Shown here: positions 36,146 through 45,384 of the stretch, piece after piece | How the letters are laid out: each line of letters opens with the position of its first letter | How positions within the stretch are numbered: position 1 is the stretch's first letter | Sequence record: OR805292.1 | Strand: one strand, 5' to 3' | Length of the DNA stretch: 64,000 nt | Program-made: the position numbers and the translations under genes | Notes under the pieces: model-generated | What the model was told of the DNA's origin: nothing | What the model saw: the letters and a program-made list of their open reading frames with translations, nothing else | Database searches by the model: none

Positions 36146-36580
36146 ATGTACGATAAAAATTTTGTATCAATGGATCAAATGCCAGTTATTGTCAGTGACT
36201 TGGTTAGTGATATAGACGAAGCAGGAATTTCTCCTAAAGTTATTATTGCTATTAGCAAAGGTGGACTAATTCCTGCCACTATGATTAGCTATTATTATGA
36301 TTGCCCTATTGTAACATACGATCCGGTAGAAGATTGTTTTAGTACAAATAATGACATAAGTTCTGAATGCATTATCGTAGATGATGTTATCGATACAGGC
36401 AATACTGTAAATTCTGTTATTTCTTTGTTAGAAGACGAATTCTTTTTTACGAAAGAAGACATTAGTAGAATTAGAGTAGCATCAATATTTGCAACAAGAA
36501 ATAATACAATTGTAGATTTTTATCATGACGAAATAAGTTACCACGATTCGGTAAGTTTTGAATTTAAACAATTTATTTAA
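36146..36580 (+). CDS. Purine phosphoribosyltransferase (type I PRTase)
   Basis: IIAISKGGLIPA and PRPP-binding loop IIVDDVIDTGNT. Confidence 0.85.
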   Translation: MYDKNFVSMDQMPVIVSDLVSDIDEAGISPKVIIAISKGGLIPATMISYYYDCPIVTYDPVEDCFSTNNDISSECIIVDDVIDTGNTVNSVISLLEDEFFFTKEDISRIRVASIFATRNNTIVDFYHDEISYHDSVSFEFKQFI

Positions 36581-36593
36581 TATAAAGTTATTC

Positions 36594-36622
36594 TTTACTT
36601 TTAGTATGATTGCGTTTATAAT
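36594..36622 (+). promoter_or_regulatory. sigma70-type promoter
   Basis: TTTACT-17 nt-TATAAT upstream of queE. Confidence 0.55.
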
Positions 36623-36650
36623 GTATATTATAAAATAAAGCGGATTATGT

Positions 36651-37523
36651 ATGAAACACAGATATACTGAAAAGTTTTTCTCAGTCCAGGGAGAAAGCCT
36701 ACATACCGGAAAACTATGCACTTGGCTTAGATTTTTCGGATGTTCGTTGCAATGTAGGGGCTTTGGACAAAAAGAACCTGGAAATCCCGAAACATGGGTA
36801 GAACAACGACCGGATTTAATAGATGTAACAAACATTACAGATTATAAACAATTACCGACTCCTAAGTATGGATGTGATTCAGACTATTCTGTGTTTGCTA
36901 AATTTAAACATCTTGCAACAGAAGTCGATCCTGTTGTAGTTGCAAATGAAATAAAACAATTAATTCCTAGTAAAACTTTTGGTAAAAAAATAGGTCATGT
37001 ATTTACGGGCGGAGAACCGTTAGTAAACCAAGAATCTATAGTAGATATAGTAAATTATTGGATAGATACTAATGATTATCCTGCATGGATAGGAATAGAA
37101 ACAAATACAACTAGACCGTTAGAAAAATGCTTAATCGATTTAGTTAACAGATGCAAATCGATCGGTGTGCAATTTTATTTTTCTATGTCACCTAAACTAC
37201 TTCATGTAGCAGGTGAACAACCCAAACGAGCTATCCATATAAATTTAATGAAGGAATATATAGATATTGCACCGGATAGCTATCTAAAATTTGTAGTAAA
37301 TGAAGATCAGCGATCGTGGGATCAAGCAAAAAGTATAGTAGACACATTAAATGCTGATGGGTATTTACCAGATGTGTGGGTTATGCCAGTCGGAGGCATT
37401 TATTCCCAACAAACAGACCCGGTAATTGGAAGACTTGCAGATAAAGCTATCTTCGAATACGAATGGAATGTTAGTTTGCGTGTTCACGTATTAACCTGGG
37501 GTGACGATCAACTAGGTAGGTAA
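36651..37523 (+). CDS. queE: 7-carboxy-7-deazaguanine synthase (radical SAM)
   Basis: EKFFSVQGES, WLRFFGCSLQC...CDS, VFTGGEPL, IETNTT, SMSPKL, YLKFVV, VMPVGG and LRVH, the QueE pattern. Confidence 0.85.
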   Translation: MKHRYTEKFFSVQGESLHTGKLCTWLRFFGCSLQCRGFGQKEPGNPETWVEQRPDLIDVTNITDYKQLPTPKYGCDSDYSVFAKFKHLATEVDPVVVANEIKQLIPSKTFGKKIGHVFTGGEPLVNQESIVDIVNYWIDTNDYPAWIGIETNTTRPLEKCLIDLVNRCKSIGVQFYFSMSPKLLHVAGEQPKRAIHINLMKEYIDIAPDSYLKFVVNEDQRSWDQAKSIVDTLNADGYLPDVWVMPVGGIYSQQTDPVIGRLADKAIFEYEWNVSLRVHVLTWGDDQLGR

Positions 37524-37527
37524 AATC

Positions 37528-37947
37528 ATGAACCGTATTATCCTTTCTGTAGTGTTTAGTTTAATATCGTTGCATGCAGTATGCGGAGAAAATAAATCCT
37601 ATATAAATCCGTATCTTCATGGAAAATGTGTCGGGATGGTTACTAAACTGTCTGAATACGCAAATACCGAAGTATTAACTTTAAAATTGTATAATATAGG
37701 TCAGGTACTTCATGCATACGGCAAATACACTGCACTAAAATCGAATAATGCAGATACAGCACTGTATGATCAAGGATTAGTTGACGGAAGAGAAACAGTT
37801 TCTAAAAATATAGAAAATAACAATTTTAATGTGTTAGTAAAATATTATGAAGATAATTGTCTAGAAATATTTTACAAATCTGCAGACTGGTTATATCATA
37901 ATAACATACACCAGTTCAATAAATTAACGGATATTTTTAATAAATGA
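37528..37947 (+). CDS. Hypothetical protein with predicted signal peptide
   Basis: MNRIILSVVFSLISLHAVC N-terminus. Confidence 0.7.
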   Translation: MNRIILSVVFSLISLHAVCGENKSYINPYLHGKCVGMVTKLSEYANTEVLTLKLYNIGQVLHAYGKYTALKSNNADTALYDQGLVDGRETVSKNIENNNFNVLVKYYEDNCLEIFYKSADWLYHNNIHQFNKLTDIFNK

Positions 37948-38555
37948 AAAAAAGATTATTTCCATTTTGGTTATGGCCATATAGCTGGGGATTACCTGCT
38001 AAACAGAAAGCTATTGCAAAAGCAGAGTATTATCTCGAAGGAGAAGAATTAGATAGGGAATTAGTAGCACTATCGAATGCAACAAGCAAAGCTAAAGAAA
38101 TTGAATTATTACATATTGATTTTAAATATGGTAAAATAACAGAATACGAATACGATGTTGCTTTAGCTAAAACTCAATACGATCCGGGTCTGGCTTTAGA
38201 CTTAAAATTAGCTGATATAGATTTAAAGCATCATAAAATAAATGAAAGGGAACATAGCAAACGAATTGCTACCTTAAGAAAGTTACCTTGGGTAGATATA
38301 ATAAAGATAGGCTTGTCTTCTTCTGATATTTCAACAGGAGAAATGGAATTAGACTGGAATGAATATTTTATAGAAGAATTGCACGAATACGGATATGTAG
38401 GTAGGACTGACGAAGAAGTAGTAAATTTATGGTTATCTACTTTATGTAAAAATATCGCATTAGACGAATTCGGAGGAATGGGATCTGTAGATGATCTTTC
38501 AGAAGATAATGACAAAATAGATAGCAAAGAAAACTATAAAAGGGAAGTTAAGTAA
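37944..38555 (+). CDS. Conserved phage hypothetical protein
   Basis: 203 aa, ATGA overlap with the previous gene; GEMELDWNEYFIEEL...VVNLW motif. Confidence 0.75.
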   Translation: MKKRLFPFWLWPYSWGLPAKQKAIAKAEYYLEGEELDRELVALSNATSKAKEIELLHIDFKYGKITEYEYDVALAKTQYDPGLALDLKLADIDLKHHKINEREHSKRIATLRKLPWVDIIKIGLSSSDISTGEMELDWNEYFIEELHEYGYVGRTDEEVVNLWLSTLCKNIALDEFGGMGSVDDLSEDNDKIDSKENYKREVK

Positions 38556-39541
38556 TGTCTAAAACTTATATTTTAATCGATACATTCAACATGTTTCATA
38601 GAGCAAAACATGTAATCAGGTCCTCCTCGTTAGATGAAAAAGTAGGCATGTGTCTTCATGTAATGTTTAACAGTATACGCAAAGTATACAGAGACCATTC
38701 TGCAGATCATGCTGTGTTTTGCATAGAAGGCAAATCTTGGCGGAAGGACTTTTATAAAGAATATAAGTTTAACCGAACAGCAGCTAGAATGGCAAGAACA
38801 GAAGCTGAAATCGAAGAAGATGCTGCTTTAATGGAAGCATATAACGATTTAATCACATTCATTAATGATAAAACAAATTCTAGCGTACTACATCACCATA
38901 AAGCAGAAGCAGATGATATGATAGCTACTTGGATTCAAAATAATCCAAATGATAATCATATCATTGTTAGTTCAGACAGCGATTTTTTCCAGCTATTAGC
39001 ACCTAACGTTAAAATATATAATGGAATTACAGAACAACTAATCACATTAGAAGGTTTCTTTGATAATAAAGGCAAACCTGTAATTGATAATAAAACAAAG
39101 AAACCAAAAGTAGCTCCTGATCCTAAATGGTTATTATTTGAAAAATGCATTAGGGGAGATAAATCTGATTTTATTTTTGCGGCGTACCCAGGTGCAAGAG
39201 AAACTAGTTCTAAAAATAAAGTAGGCATGCGTGAAGTATTTGCCGATATGGATAATAAAGGTTACGCATGGAATAATTTTATGTTGACAAAAATTACAGA
39301 TTCTGCTGGTAATGAATTTGTTGTTCACGATAAGTACGAATTTAACAAAACACTAATTGACTTAACTTGTCAGCCAGATGATCTAAAAACAGAATTTAAA
39401 ACAGTCGCAGATGTGGCTCGTAATAAACCGCCCGTATCTAACGTAGGCATCCATTTTTTAAAATTCTGTAATAGATGGGCACTAGAGCAAATCTCTAAAT
39501 ATCCGGACGAATTTGCAAAACTTCTTAATGCTAAACCATAA
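38555..39541 (+). CDS. rnh: RNase H / 5'-3' flap exonuclease (T4 rnh-like)
   Basis: LIDTFN, SWRKDFYKEYK, AEADDMIA, IIVSSDSDFFQL and IRGDKSD acidic active-site motifs. Confidence 0.88.
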   Translation: MSKTYILIDTFNMFHRAKHVIRSSSLDEKVGMCLHVMFNSIRKVYRDHSADHAVFCIEGKSWRKDFYKEYKFNRTAARMARTEAEIEEDAALMEAYNDLITFINDKTNSSVLHHHKAEADDMIATWIQNNPNDNHIIVSSDSDFFQLLAPNVKIYNGITEQLITLEGFFDNKGKPVIDNKTKKPKVAPDPKWLLFEKCIRGDKSDFIFAAYPGARETSSKNKVGMREVFADMDNKGYAWNNFMLTKITDSAGNEFVVHDKYEFNKTLIDLTCQPDDLKTEFKTVADVARNKPPVSNVGIHFLKFCNRWALEQISKYPDEFAKLLNAKP

Positions 39542-39543
39542 TT

Positions 39544-40002
39544 ATGAAATTAAAATCATTAACTGAAACTTCGTGGATTGTGTTAGACAACCAGGGTGAT
39601 AAAGTAGGTATACTTACTAGAACCAAAGAAAAGCTCAATCTAATGACTCCTGGCGGATCTATGTTATTCGATACGCAAGATGATGCAAATACATTCTTCG
39701 GTGAAGACATATTCAGTAATATAGTATATGTTAGTAAAACAGAAGAAGTGTTCGAATTAGATGGATGGCCAGTATCTACTGCTAACCCTGTTAAAGCACA
39801 ATCAGTAAATAATCTTCCTTGTTACACTAAAACAGAGGGAGGAAAATCAATACACTGTGCCGGATATTATAGTATTAAATTTCCTGGATCATATATAAAC
39901 AGTTTTTGTCCTAAACTTTCTACATTAGAAAAATATGAGTTTAGTGGGCCTTTCAAAACTGAACTCGAAGCAAGAGCAACAACCAGTATTAATAAAAAAT
40001 AA
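39544..40002 (+). CDS. Conserved phage hypothetical protein
   Basis: 152 aa, coupled to rnh; HCAGYY...SFCPK...YEFSGPFKT. Confidence 0.75.
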   Translation: MKLKSLTETSWIVLDNQGDKVGILTRTKEKLNLMTPGGSMLFDTQDDANTFFGEDIFSNIVYVSKTEEVFELDGWPVSTANPVKAQSVNNLPCYTKTEGGKSIHCAGYYSIKFPGSYINSFCPKLSTLEKYEFSGPFKTELEARATTSINKK

Positions 40003-40013
40003 GGAAAATAAAA

Positions 40014-40304
40014 ATGCTCGATAACTATGAACTATTAGCAAAACAAGAATTAGAATCTATGTATAAAAACGTAGTATATGATTTAGGTGCCGATATTCCC
40101 ACAACATTCTTTAATATTAAGTTATCCGAGCACATAGTTCCTAACTCAGAAGCAAATAGAACATTTATAAACAAATATACTAACTTAGTGCATGGTGAAT
40201 GTATGGAATTAGTTTGGTATAGGGCAGTTTGTACAACAGATTCCAAAACAAATAATCTAGTTGTATTAAAATTAGAACGTTGCAGTTCTTATCAGGAAAT
40301 TTAA
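40014..40304 (+). CDS. Hypothetical protein
   Basis: 96 aa, AAGGA SD. Confidence 0.65.
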   Translation: MLDNYELLAKQELESMYKNVVYDLGADIPTTFFNIKLSEHIVPNSEANRTFINKYTNLVHGECMELVWYRAVCTTDSKTNNLVVLKLERCSSYQEI

Positions 40305-40306
40305 TT

Positions 40307-40852
40307 ATGAACAGAAGAAGTTATGATCCCGATTTGTTTAAACAAATAGAAGAAGACGTAGACTGTTATGTGTTTAAACACGAAATGTTTAAAGATATCT
40401 ATTTGTTTATGGATGGTTGGGGTCAAAGTCACAGAACAAACGGTCCTGCTCTTATAATTCCTAATGTATGCGAAGTTTGGTATAATCATGGAAAGATACA
40501 CAGGGATAACGGACCTGCATTTTTTGAAATTACAAAAGACAATGAAGTTAGATATTGTTGGGTTTTAGATAACAATATAATTTCATGCAAGGAACAATAT
40601 GATAACGTATTAGGCACAGAAGCATATGGTGTTTGGGTAGAAGCAACATTAATAAATCATCCTAATTTTTTGGTATTTAATACTAACTATGTAACTCATG
40701 ATTATGTATCTACTGCAAAGAATAAGTATATGCTCGGAGCTACTGATATGAAAGAAGATAATACTAAATGGGCACAGTTGGGTTCGCAACACGATATATA
40801 TAAAAATTTTAAACCAATTTGGATGTCGGAAGAAGAATGGATCAATAGCTAA
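40307..40852 (+). CDS. Hypothetical protein with HRxxGPA repeats
   Basis: HRTNGPALI and IHRDNGPAF; ATG 40307 preferred over track TTG 40280. Confidence 0.7.
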   Translation: MNRRSYDPDLFKQIEEDVDCYVFKHEMFKDIYLFMDGWGQSHRTNGPALIIPNVCEVWYNHGKIHRDNGPAFFEITKDNEVRYCWVLDNNIISCKEQYDNVLGTEAYGVWVEATLINHPNFLVFNTNYVTHDYVSTAKNKYMLGATDMKEDNTKWAQLGSQHDIYKNFKPIWMSEEEWINS

Positions 40853-40854
40853 TA

Positions 40855-41055
40855 ATGACGTTAGTAGTATTGTACATAATAATCCAATCTATTTTAGTAG
40901 GTATACTGCATCATTTAGCTATAAGAAATCTTGTATTAAAAGAAAATTGGTTATGTGTATTTATACTATCAACTATATTATGGATATTATGGCCTATAGG
41001 TTATCTAATATCGTGTATATACGCAATGTATATTAAATATAAAAACCCTGTATAG
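40855..41055 (+). CDS. Small membrane protein
   Basis: 66 aa, two hydrophobic segments. Confidence 0.6.
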   Translation: MTLVVLYIIIQSILVGILHHLAIRNLVLKENWLCVFILSTILWILWPIGYLISCIYAMYIKYKNPV

Positions 41056-41071
41056 TCTATACAGGGTTTTT
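41041..41071. terminator. Bidirectional terminator (near-perfect palindrome)
   Basis: aaaaaccctgtatag-t-ctatacagggttttt. Confidence 0.8.
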
Positions 41072-41131
41072 ATATACCCAGTAAATTATAAAATCAGATA
41101 AATAATACGATGGCTATTACTGGAGATATAT

Positions 41132-41425
41132 ATGGCACGTCCAAAACCTACTATCCTTGTTGAACATGTAGATCCAAAAACATATAAATCTGAGCAAATA
41201 CTCGAAGCTGAAGCTGTGTTTGCTGTGTTTTATAAAGGCGAGCCTATCAATATACGGTCACAGAGTGCATTGATAGATTATGCTCCTAAATATAAGAAAT
41301 CTACATTTGTTAACCCGGGCCATGCACTTAATTTGGCTGAACGTTTAAATGAAATGTTTAAATGCACTGACTTTACTGTTCATAAATTAATTGCAGGAGA
41401 AAAATACACCGGTGAAGAATACTAA
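41132..41425 (+). CDS. Conserved phage hypothetical protein
   Basis: 97 aa, GGAG SD, agaTAAATA at 41099-41104; MARPKP...PKYKKSTFVNPGHA. Confidence 0.8.
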   Translation: MARPKPTILVEHVDPKTYKSEQILEAEAVFAVFYKGEPINIRSQSALIDYAPKYKKSTFVNPGHALNLAERLNEMFKCTDFTVHKLIAGEKYTGEEY

Positions 41426-41762
41426 GCTTAGAGATTCAATTTTCTCTTATTTAAGAGAAAATAACGAATCTTTAACTGAGTTAACAGATATAGAACTTAA
41501 TCGTTTTATATTTGCACACCCTTCTAGTTTTAGACTGTCGTATGACGGTCTAAAACTATTTTCAAAACTATTCACTTCTTATACCTACCATATAGATTTT
41601 AAAATAACTTTCAGACAAAGATTGCTATTAGGTAGGCATCTAAAATTTCCTTATTATTTTAGTGATAAAAGATTAATATTATTTTCATACGACGATTCTT
41701 TATATTTAAATTTAATAGGCGATATAAAGCTCTGGCTAGAATCGTTCGAACATAGTGTTTGA
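41391..41762 (+). CDS. Hypothetical protein
   Basis: 123 aa; the true start may be GTG 41412. Confidence 0.65.
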   Translation: MQEKNTPVKNTKLRDSIFSYLRENNESLTELTDIELNRFIFAHPSSFRLSYDGLKLFSKLFTSYTYHIDFKITFRQRLLLGRHLKFPYYFSDKRLILFSYDDSLYLNLIGDIKLWLESFEHSV

Positions 41763-41787
41763 CATATTTTAAATACTTTTATAAAAT
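41759..41787 (+). promoter_or_regulatory. sigma70-type promoter
   Basis: TTGACA-17 nt-TAAAAT. Confidence 0.75.
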
Positions 41788-41816
41788 TACAGTATATAAA
41801 GTGCTGTAAAATTATC

Positions 41817-42191
41817 ATGAAAAAATCTAAATCTATCACTAGAGCCGAAAACAAAAAACATCAACAATATATAACTAATATGAAATTAGGTGGCAATCCT
41901 AATAAGTACGGTAAATCTAATACTTATAAAAAGCCTAATATAGAACTAAGTCCTAGTATACCTGCATGGGCTACTACACTATCAGAATACAAAAGCATAG
42001 AAACAAATAAACCTATAAACAACGCTATTCCAGTTAAATATGAAGACGAATTTGCAATAAGAGAAGAAATTGCATTAAAAGAAAAAGAACGTAAAAAACA
42101 ATTTGTTGCAGTAGCTTACAACAAGGGCGGATATGTATATTTAGGTGAAAATCCACCCGATGAAATTGTTAAATCAATTGGCAAAAAGTAA
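41817..42191 (+). CDS. Hypothetical basic protein
   Basis: 124 aa, ends VAYNKGGYVY. Confidence 0.7.
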   Translation: MKKSKSITRAENKKHQQYITNMKLGGNPNKYGKSNTYKKPNIELSPSIPAWATTLSEYKSIETNKPINNAIPVKYEDEFAIREEIALKEKERKKQFVAVAYNKGGYVYLGENPPDEIVKSIGKK

Positions 42192-42201
42192 AGGAACATT
42201 T

Positions 42202-42510
42202 ATGTTCTGCACACTACTAAACTTCTTTAAAAAAGATGTAAAGGTATATGCTGTAGTGGTACTTGCTCCTGGCTTAATTTGTTATCTAAGCAAGTTAAAT
42301 AATTTCGATTTAAAGATGGCAACAAGAATTTCTGGTTCAAAATATAAATTAGACGAAAAATTAATCGAAATAATTACTAAAGAAGATGCTATATTGAAAA
42401 TGATATCGGGAGAAATTACTAAAGATGGTAAAAACTATGTTCGCTTTGTAGAAATACCAGATCGTCTTAGACAAGTATTAAAATACCATTACATCGCAAA
42501 TGTGATTTAA
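42202..42510 (+). CDS. Hypothetical protein
   Basis: ATG 42202 with AAGGA SD (track start 42145). Confidence 0.65.
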   Translation: MFCTLLNFFKKDVKVYAVVVLAPGLICYLSKLNNFDLKMATRISGSKYKLDEKLIEIITKEDAILKMISGEITKDGKNYVRFVEIPDRLRQVLKYHYIANVI

Positions 42511-42534
42511 TAGAAAAAATATCTAAAAAGGAAC

Positions 42535-43086
42535 ATGAATAGTATAAAAATGAAATATTACACTAAATGGTTTTTGATGACACACAGAAATAAAATGTAT
42601 GATTTTAAGAATCTATCATTTTATATATTACTAGTAGGAAATGTAGTTTTTAATCCTATTATAGCGAGTTTCTTAATTATTCTCAAAATAATGCAATTAT
42701 TGCAAAATAAACCAGAATATTTAGATACTATCCCTGTGCTTAATGAAGTATTTTATATGTTTGTTGCTGAGTTAGTTTCTATATCTTATCGGTTTATAAA
42801 TAAAACACCCGATTATGAAATATTTCATTCTTCGTTTAACAAAAGAAAACCAAAACAACATAAAAATAATACATGTAAAAAAAGAAATGATCGCTGTATC
42901 GGGGAAGAAACAATTAGCAATAAAAGATCATCATTTTATAATACAGGTGTTAAACTATATAAAGACAGCAAAGATAAAAGAAAACGATATGCTTATCCTA
43001 GGCAATCCGGTCCGCGTGGCTCCTGCTGGTATCCTACATTTAGACTTCCTAAATATTTTAAGAGAAAAAAGAAAAAAGGGCTATAA
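42535..43086 (+). CDS. Hypothetical protein (hydrophobic N-half, basic C-half)
   Basis: AAGGA SD; stop codon falls in the terminator arm. Confidence 0.55.
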   Translation: MNSIKMKYYTKWFLMTHRNKMYDFKNLSFYILLVGNVVFNPIIASFLIILKIMQLLQNKPEYLDTIPVLNEVFYMFVAELVSISYRFINKTPDYEIFHSSFNKRKPKQHKNNTCKKRNDRCIGEETISNKRSSFYNTGVKLYKDSKDKRKRYAYPRQSGPRGSCWYPTFRLPKYFKRKKKKGL

Positions 43087-43098
43087 TTGCCCTTTTTT
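43072..43098. terminator. Intrinsic terminator
   Basis: aaaaaagggc-tataatt-gccctttttt. Confidence 0.75.
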
Positions 43099-43288
43099 AA
43101 TGATTAAAAAATTACGTTTTACTATGTTGACTAACTATATAGTTATTTGCTTTAATAACATCCTGCTTTGCAAAACAACAAATAATAGCATTCATAAAAA
43201 TTGTTAATTATGTGTTGTTTTAAAAGCTACAAGCTGTAAAATGTAGGTGTTAAACAGCAAAACATATTCAACCACAGAGGCATTATAG

Positions 43289-44404
43289 ATGGCTAAAAAA
43301 GAAAACATCGTAGAAACGTATCTTCGTCCGACGGAGTGTGCTGCAATTATCCGCGGCATGTTCAAGGCGAAGCGTCCTGTGTTCCTCTGGGGTCCGCCGG
43401 GGGTAGGCAAGTCGGATATCATCGCCCAGTTGGGTTTCGAGGCTGACCGGCCGGTCATCGACATGCGTCTGATCCTCATGGATCCCACTGATATTAAGGG
43501 CATTCCGTACTACGATCCGAAAACCAATACCATGCGCTGGGCTATTCCGTCCGATCTTCCGCAACCCGGCGAAACTACCCTGGACAACGCCATCCTGTTC
43601 CTGGACGAAATGAACTCGGCGCCGGCGAGCGTGCAGGGCGCTGCGTATCAGCTCATCCTGAACCGTGCTATCGGTTCGTATAAGCTGCCCGATGGCGTCG
43701 ACATTGTCGCTGCTGGTAACCGCGATACCGACAAGGGCGTTACTTATCGTATGCCTAGTCCGTTGGCCAACCGTTTCGTTCACTTGCAGATCGAAACCAA
43801 CTTCGAGGACTGGCAGCAGTGGGCGCTTAACAACACGGTACACCCGGATGTAGTTGGCTACCTCACCCAGCACAAGCAGAACCTGTTCTGCTTCGATCCC
43901 CAAGATCGTAGCAAGGCGTTTGCTACTCCTCGAGCCTGGAAGTTCGTGTCCGACATCCTCCAACTCGCAGGAATCAACAAGGACCACCTGCTACGTGCGA
44001 CTATCGCAGGAACCGTCGGCGAAAGTCACAGCTACTCCTTCATGCAGCACATGAAGTATGCTTCGCAGCTTCCGAAGCCGGAAGATGTACTAACCGGCCG
44101 GGTAACCGATCTCAAAGTCGAAGAGATCAGTGCTCGTTACTCGCTCGTAGTCAGTATGTGCTACACTTTAAAAGAGTGGCTGGCTGACGTAGCTGACGCC
44201 GACAAGAAGTACACTACCGAGGATTGGCACAAGTCGGTAAACTTGTTCTTCGAGTACATGATGAACAACTTTGCCCAAGAAATGGTCATCCTCGGCGCGC
44301 GTACTGCGTTGCGCGAATACCAACTGCCGATCAACAGAAAGTTGATCCCTTGCTTCACTAAGTTCTTCCAAGAGTACGGCAAGTTTATTGTCGACTCGAA
44401 CTAA
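43289..44404 (+). CDS. MoxR-like AAA+ ATPase
   Basis: Walker A GPPGVGKS, Walker B LFLDEMN, IVAAGN, SPLANRF and ATPRAW; markedly GC-rich. Confidence 0.9.
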   Translation: MAKKENIVETYLRPTECAAIIRGMFKAKRPVFLWGPPGVGKSDIIAQLGFEADRPVIDMRLILMDPTDIKGIPYYDPKTNTMRWAIPSDLPQPGETTLDNAILFLDEMNSAPASVQGAAYQLILNRAIGSYKLPDGVDIVAAGNRDTDKGVTYRMPSPLANRFVHLQIETNFEDWQQWALNNTVHPDVVGYLTQHKQNLFCFDPQDRSKAFATPRAWKFVSDILQLAGINKDHLLRATIAGTVGESHSYSFMQHMKYASQLPKPEDVLTGRVTDLKVEEISARYSLVVSMCYTLKEWLADVADADKKYTTEDWHKSVNLFFEYMMNNFAQEMVILGARTALREYQLPINRKLIPCFTKFFQEYGKFIVDSN

Positions 44405-44412
44405 GTAAGGGC

Positions 44413-44445
44413 AAAATAAAAGGGGCTTAAAGCCCCTTTTATTTT
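44413..44445. terminator. Bidirectional terminator
   Basis: aaaataaaaggggc-ttaaa-gccccttttatttt. Confidence 0.85.
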
Positions 44446-44473
44446 ATATATTCATAGGATACAGAATTATAGA

Positions 44474-44929
44474 ATGAGAACACTAACTTCATCTTTGTTT
44501 GTCATTATAATGACATTAGTAAATATTCTTTCTGTAATATATATGTACGTTACTAACGTGCCATTAATTTATATGCTTGTTGCAGTTCCTAATCAGTGTG
44601 TTATATCATTAATTTCTTGTGTATACAGAAAAATCATAGCAGAATTTTTTTATATAAAGAGATTTAGTTTTTATAAACTAGAAGTCGTTTTAGACAAGCA
44701 AAGAGGGAGCTCAACAAAATATATTTTAAAATTAAATGTATTAGGTGAAACATATTATTACGATTTTCATGACAATTCTTTTTGCTGTCTTCCTATTTAT
44801 GCGAATTTCTATACTAATTCAGAATCATTGGCACTTAACACATTCCAAAGGTATGAAGACCAAGCTGAGCTATATAAAAAGAGCAGCGCCATTACTACTG
44901 TAATAAAATCTAGTAAAGGTACTAAGTAG
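44474..44929 (+). CDS. Membrane-anchored hypothetical protein (paralog 1)
   Basis: N-terminal hydrophobic helices plus soluble domain. Confidence 0.65.
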   Translation: MRTLTSSLFVIIMTLVNILSVIYMYVTNVPLIYMLVAVPNQCVISLISCVYRKIIAEFFYIKRFSFYKLEVVLDKQRGSSTKYILKLNVLGETYYYDFHDNSFCCLPIYANFYTNSESLALNTFQRYEDQAELYKKSSAITTVIKSSKGTK

Positions 44930-44930
44930 T

Positions 44931-45383
44931 ATGAGACTTCCGTTCAGTAACATATGTTTAATATTAATACCTTTATTTGCTGTATTGATTACTATATGTA
45001 TTATTCTAGAATACCAAGAACATGTCGTACTGGCACTAGTAATAATACCTTTAATAGTATGTGTACTGTCTGTCAGTATATGCGGGATTGCGATATTGTT
45101 TTATTTGATGATTCTCTGCGAAATATCTGAAAATAAATATTTTACTTCATTCGAAATAGAAGCTATAAAAAGAAAAGGTAAACCTACATTATATTTTATA
45201 AAAAAGATATGGCTGTCCGAAATATTTTATTTTAATGCAAAACAAAATAGATTTTCTATAAGAAGACATATACATAGTTCGTATGATTCATTAGAAGAAG
45301 CACTAAAAGAAATAGAACATATATATAAACAATACACAGAGACAGAATATAATAAAGTTGTGTTTAAAAAAGGAAAAAATTAA
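44931..45383 (+). CDS. Membrane-anchored hypothetical protein (paralog 2)
   Basis: N-terminal hydrophobic helices; YDSLEEAL motif. Confidence 0.65.
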   Translation: MRLPFSNICLILIPLFAVLITICIILEYQEHVVLALVIIPLIVCVLSVSICGIAILFYLMILCEISENKYFTSFEIEAIKRKGKPTLYFIKKIWLSEIFYFNAKQNRFSIRRHIHSSYDSLEEALKEIEHIYKQYTETEYNKVVFKKGKN

Positions 45384-45384
45384 T

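Noticed and set aside
42815-43207. 130-aa overlapping plus-strand ORF in another frame
   Set aside because: Runs through the terminator at 43072-43098, while the 183-aa frame has an SD, AT-rich third positions and stops at the terminator. Dual coding is not excluded but is unsupported.
43283-43987. 234-aa minus-strand ORF and neighbouring alternative-frame ORFs
   Set aside because: Antisense to the GC-rich MoxR gene; long open shadow frames are expected at high GC3.
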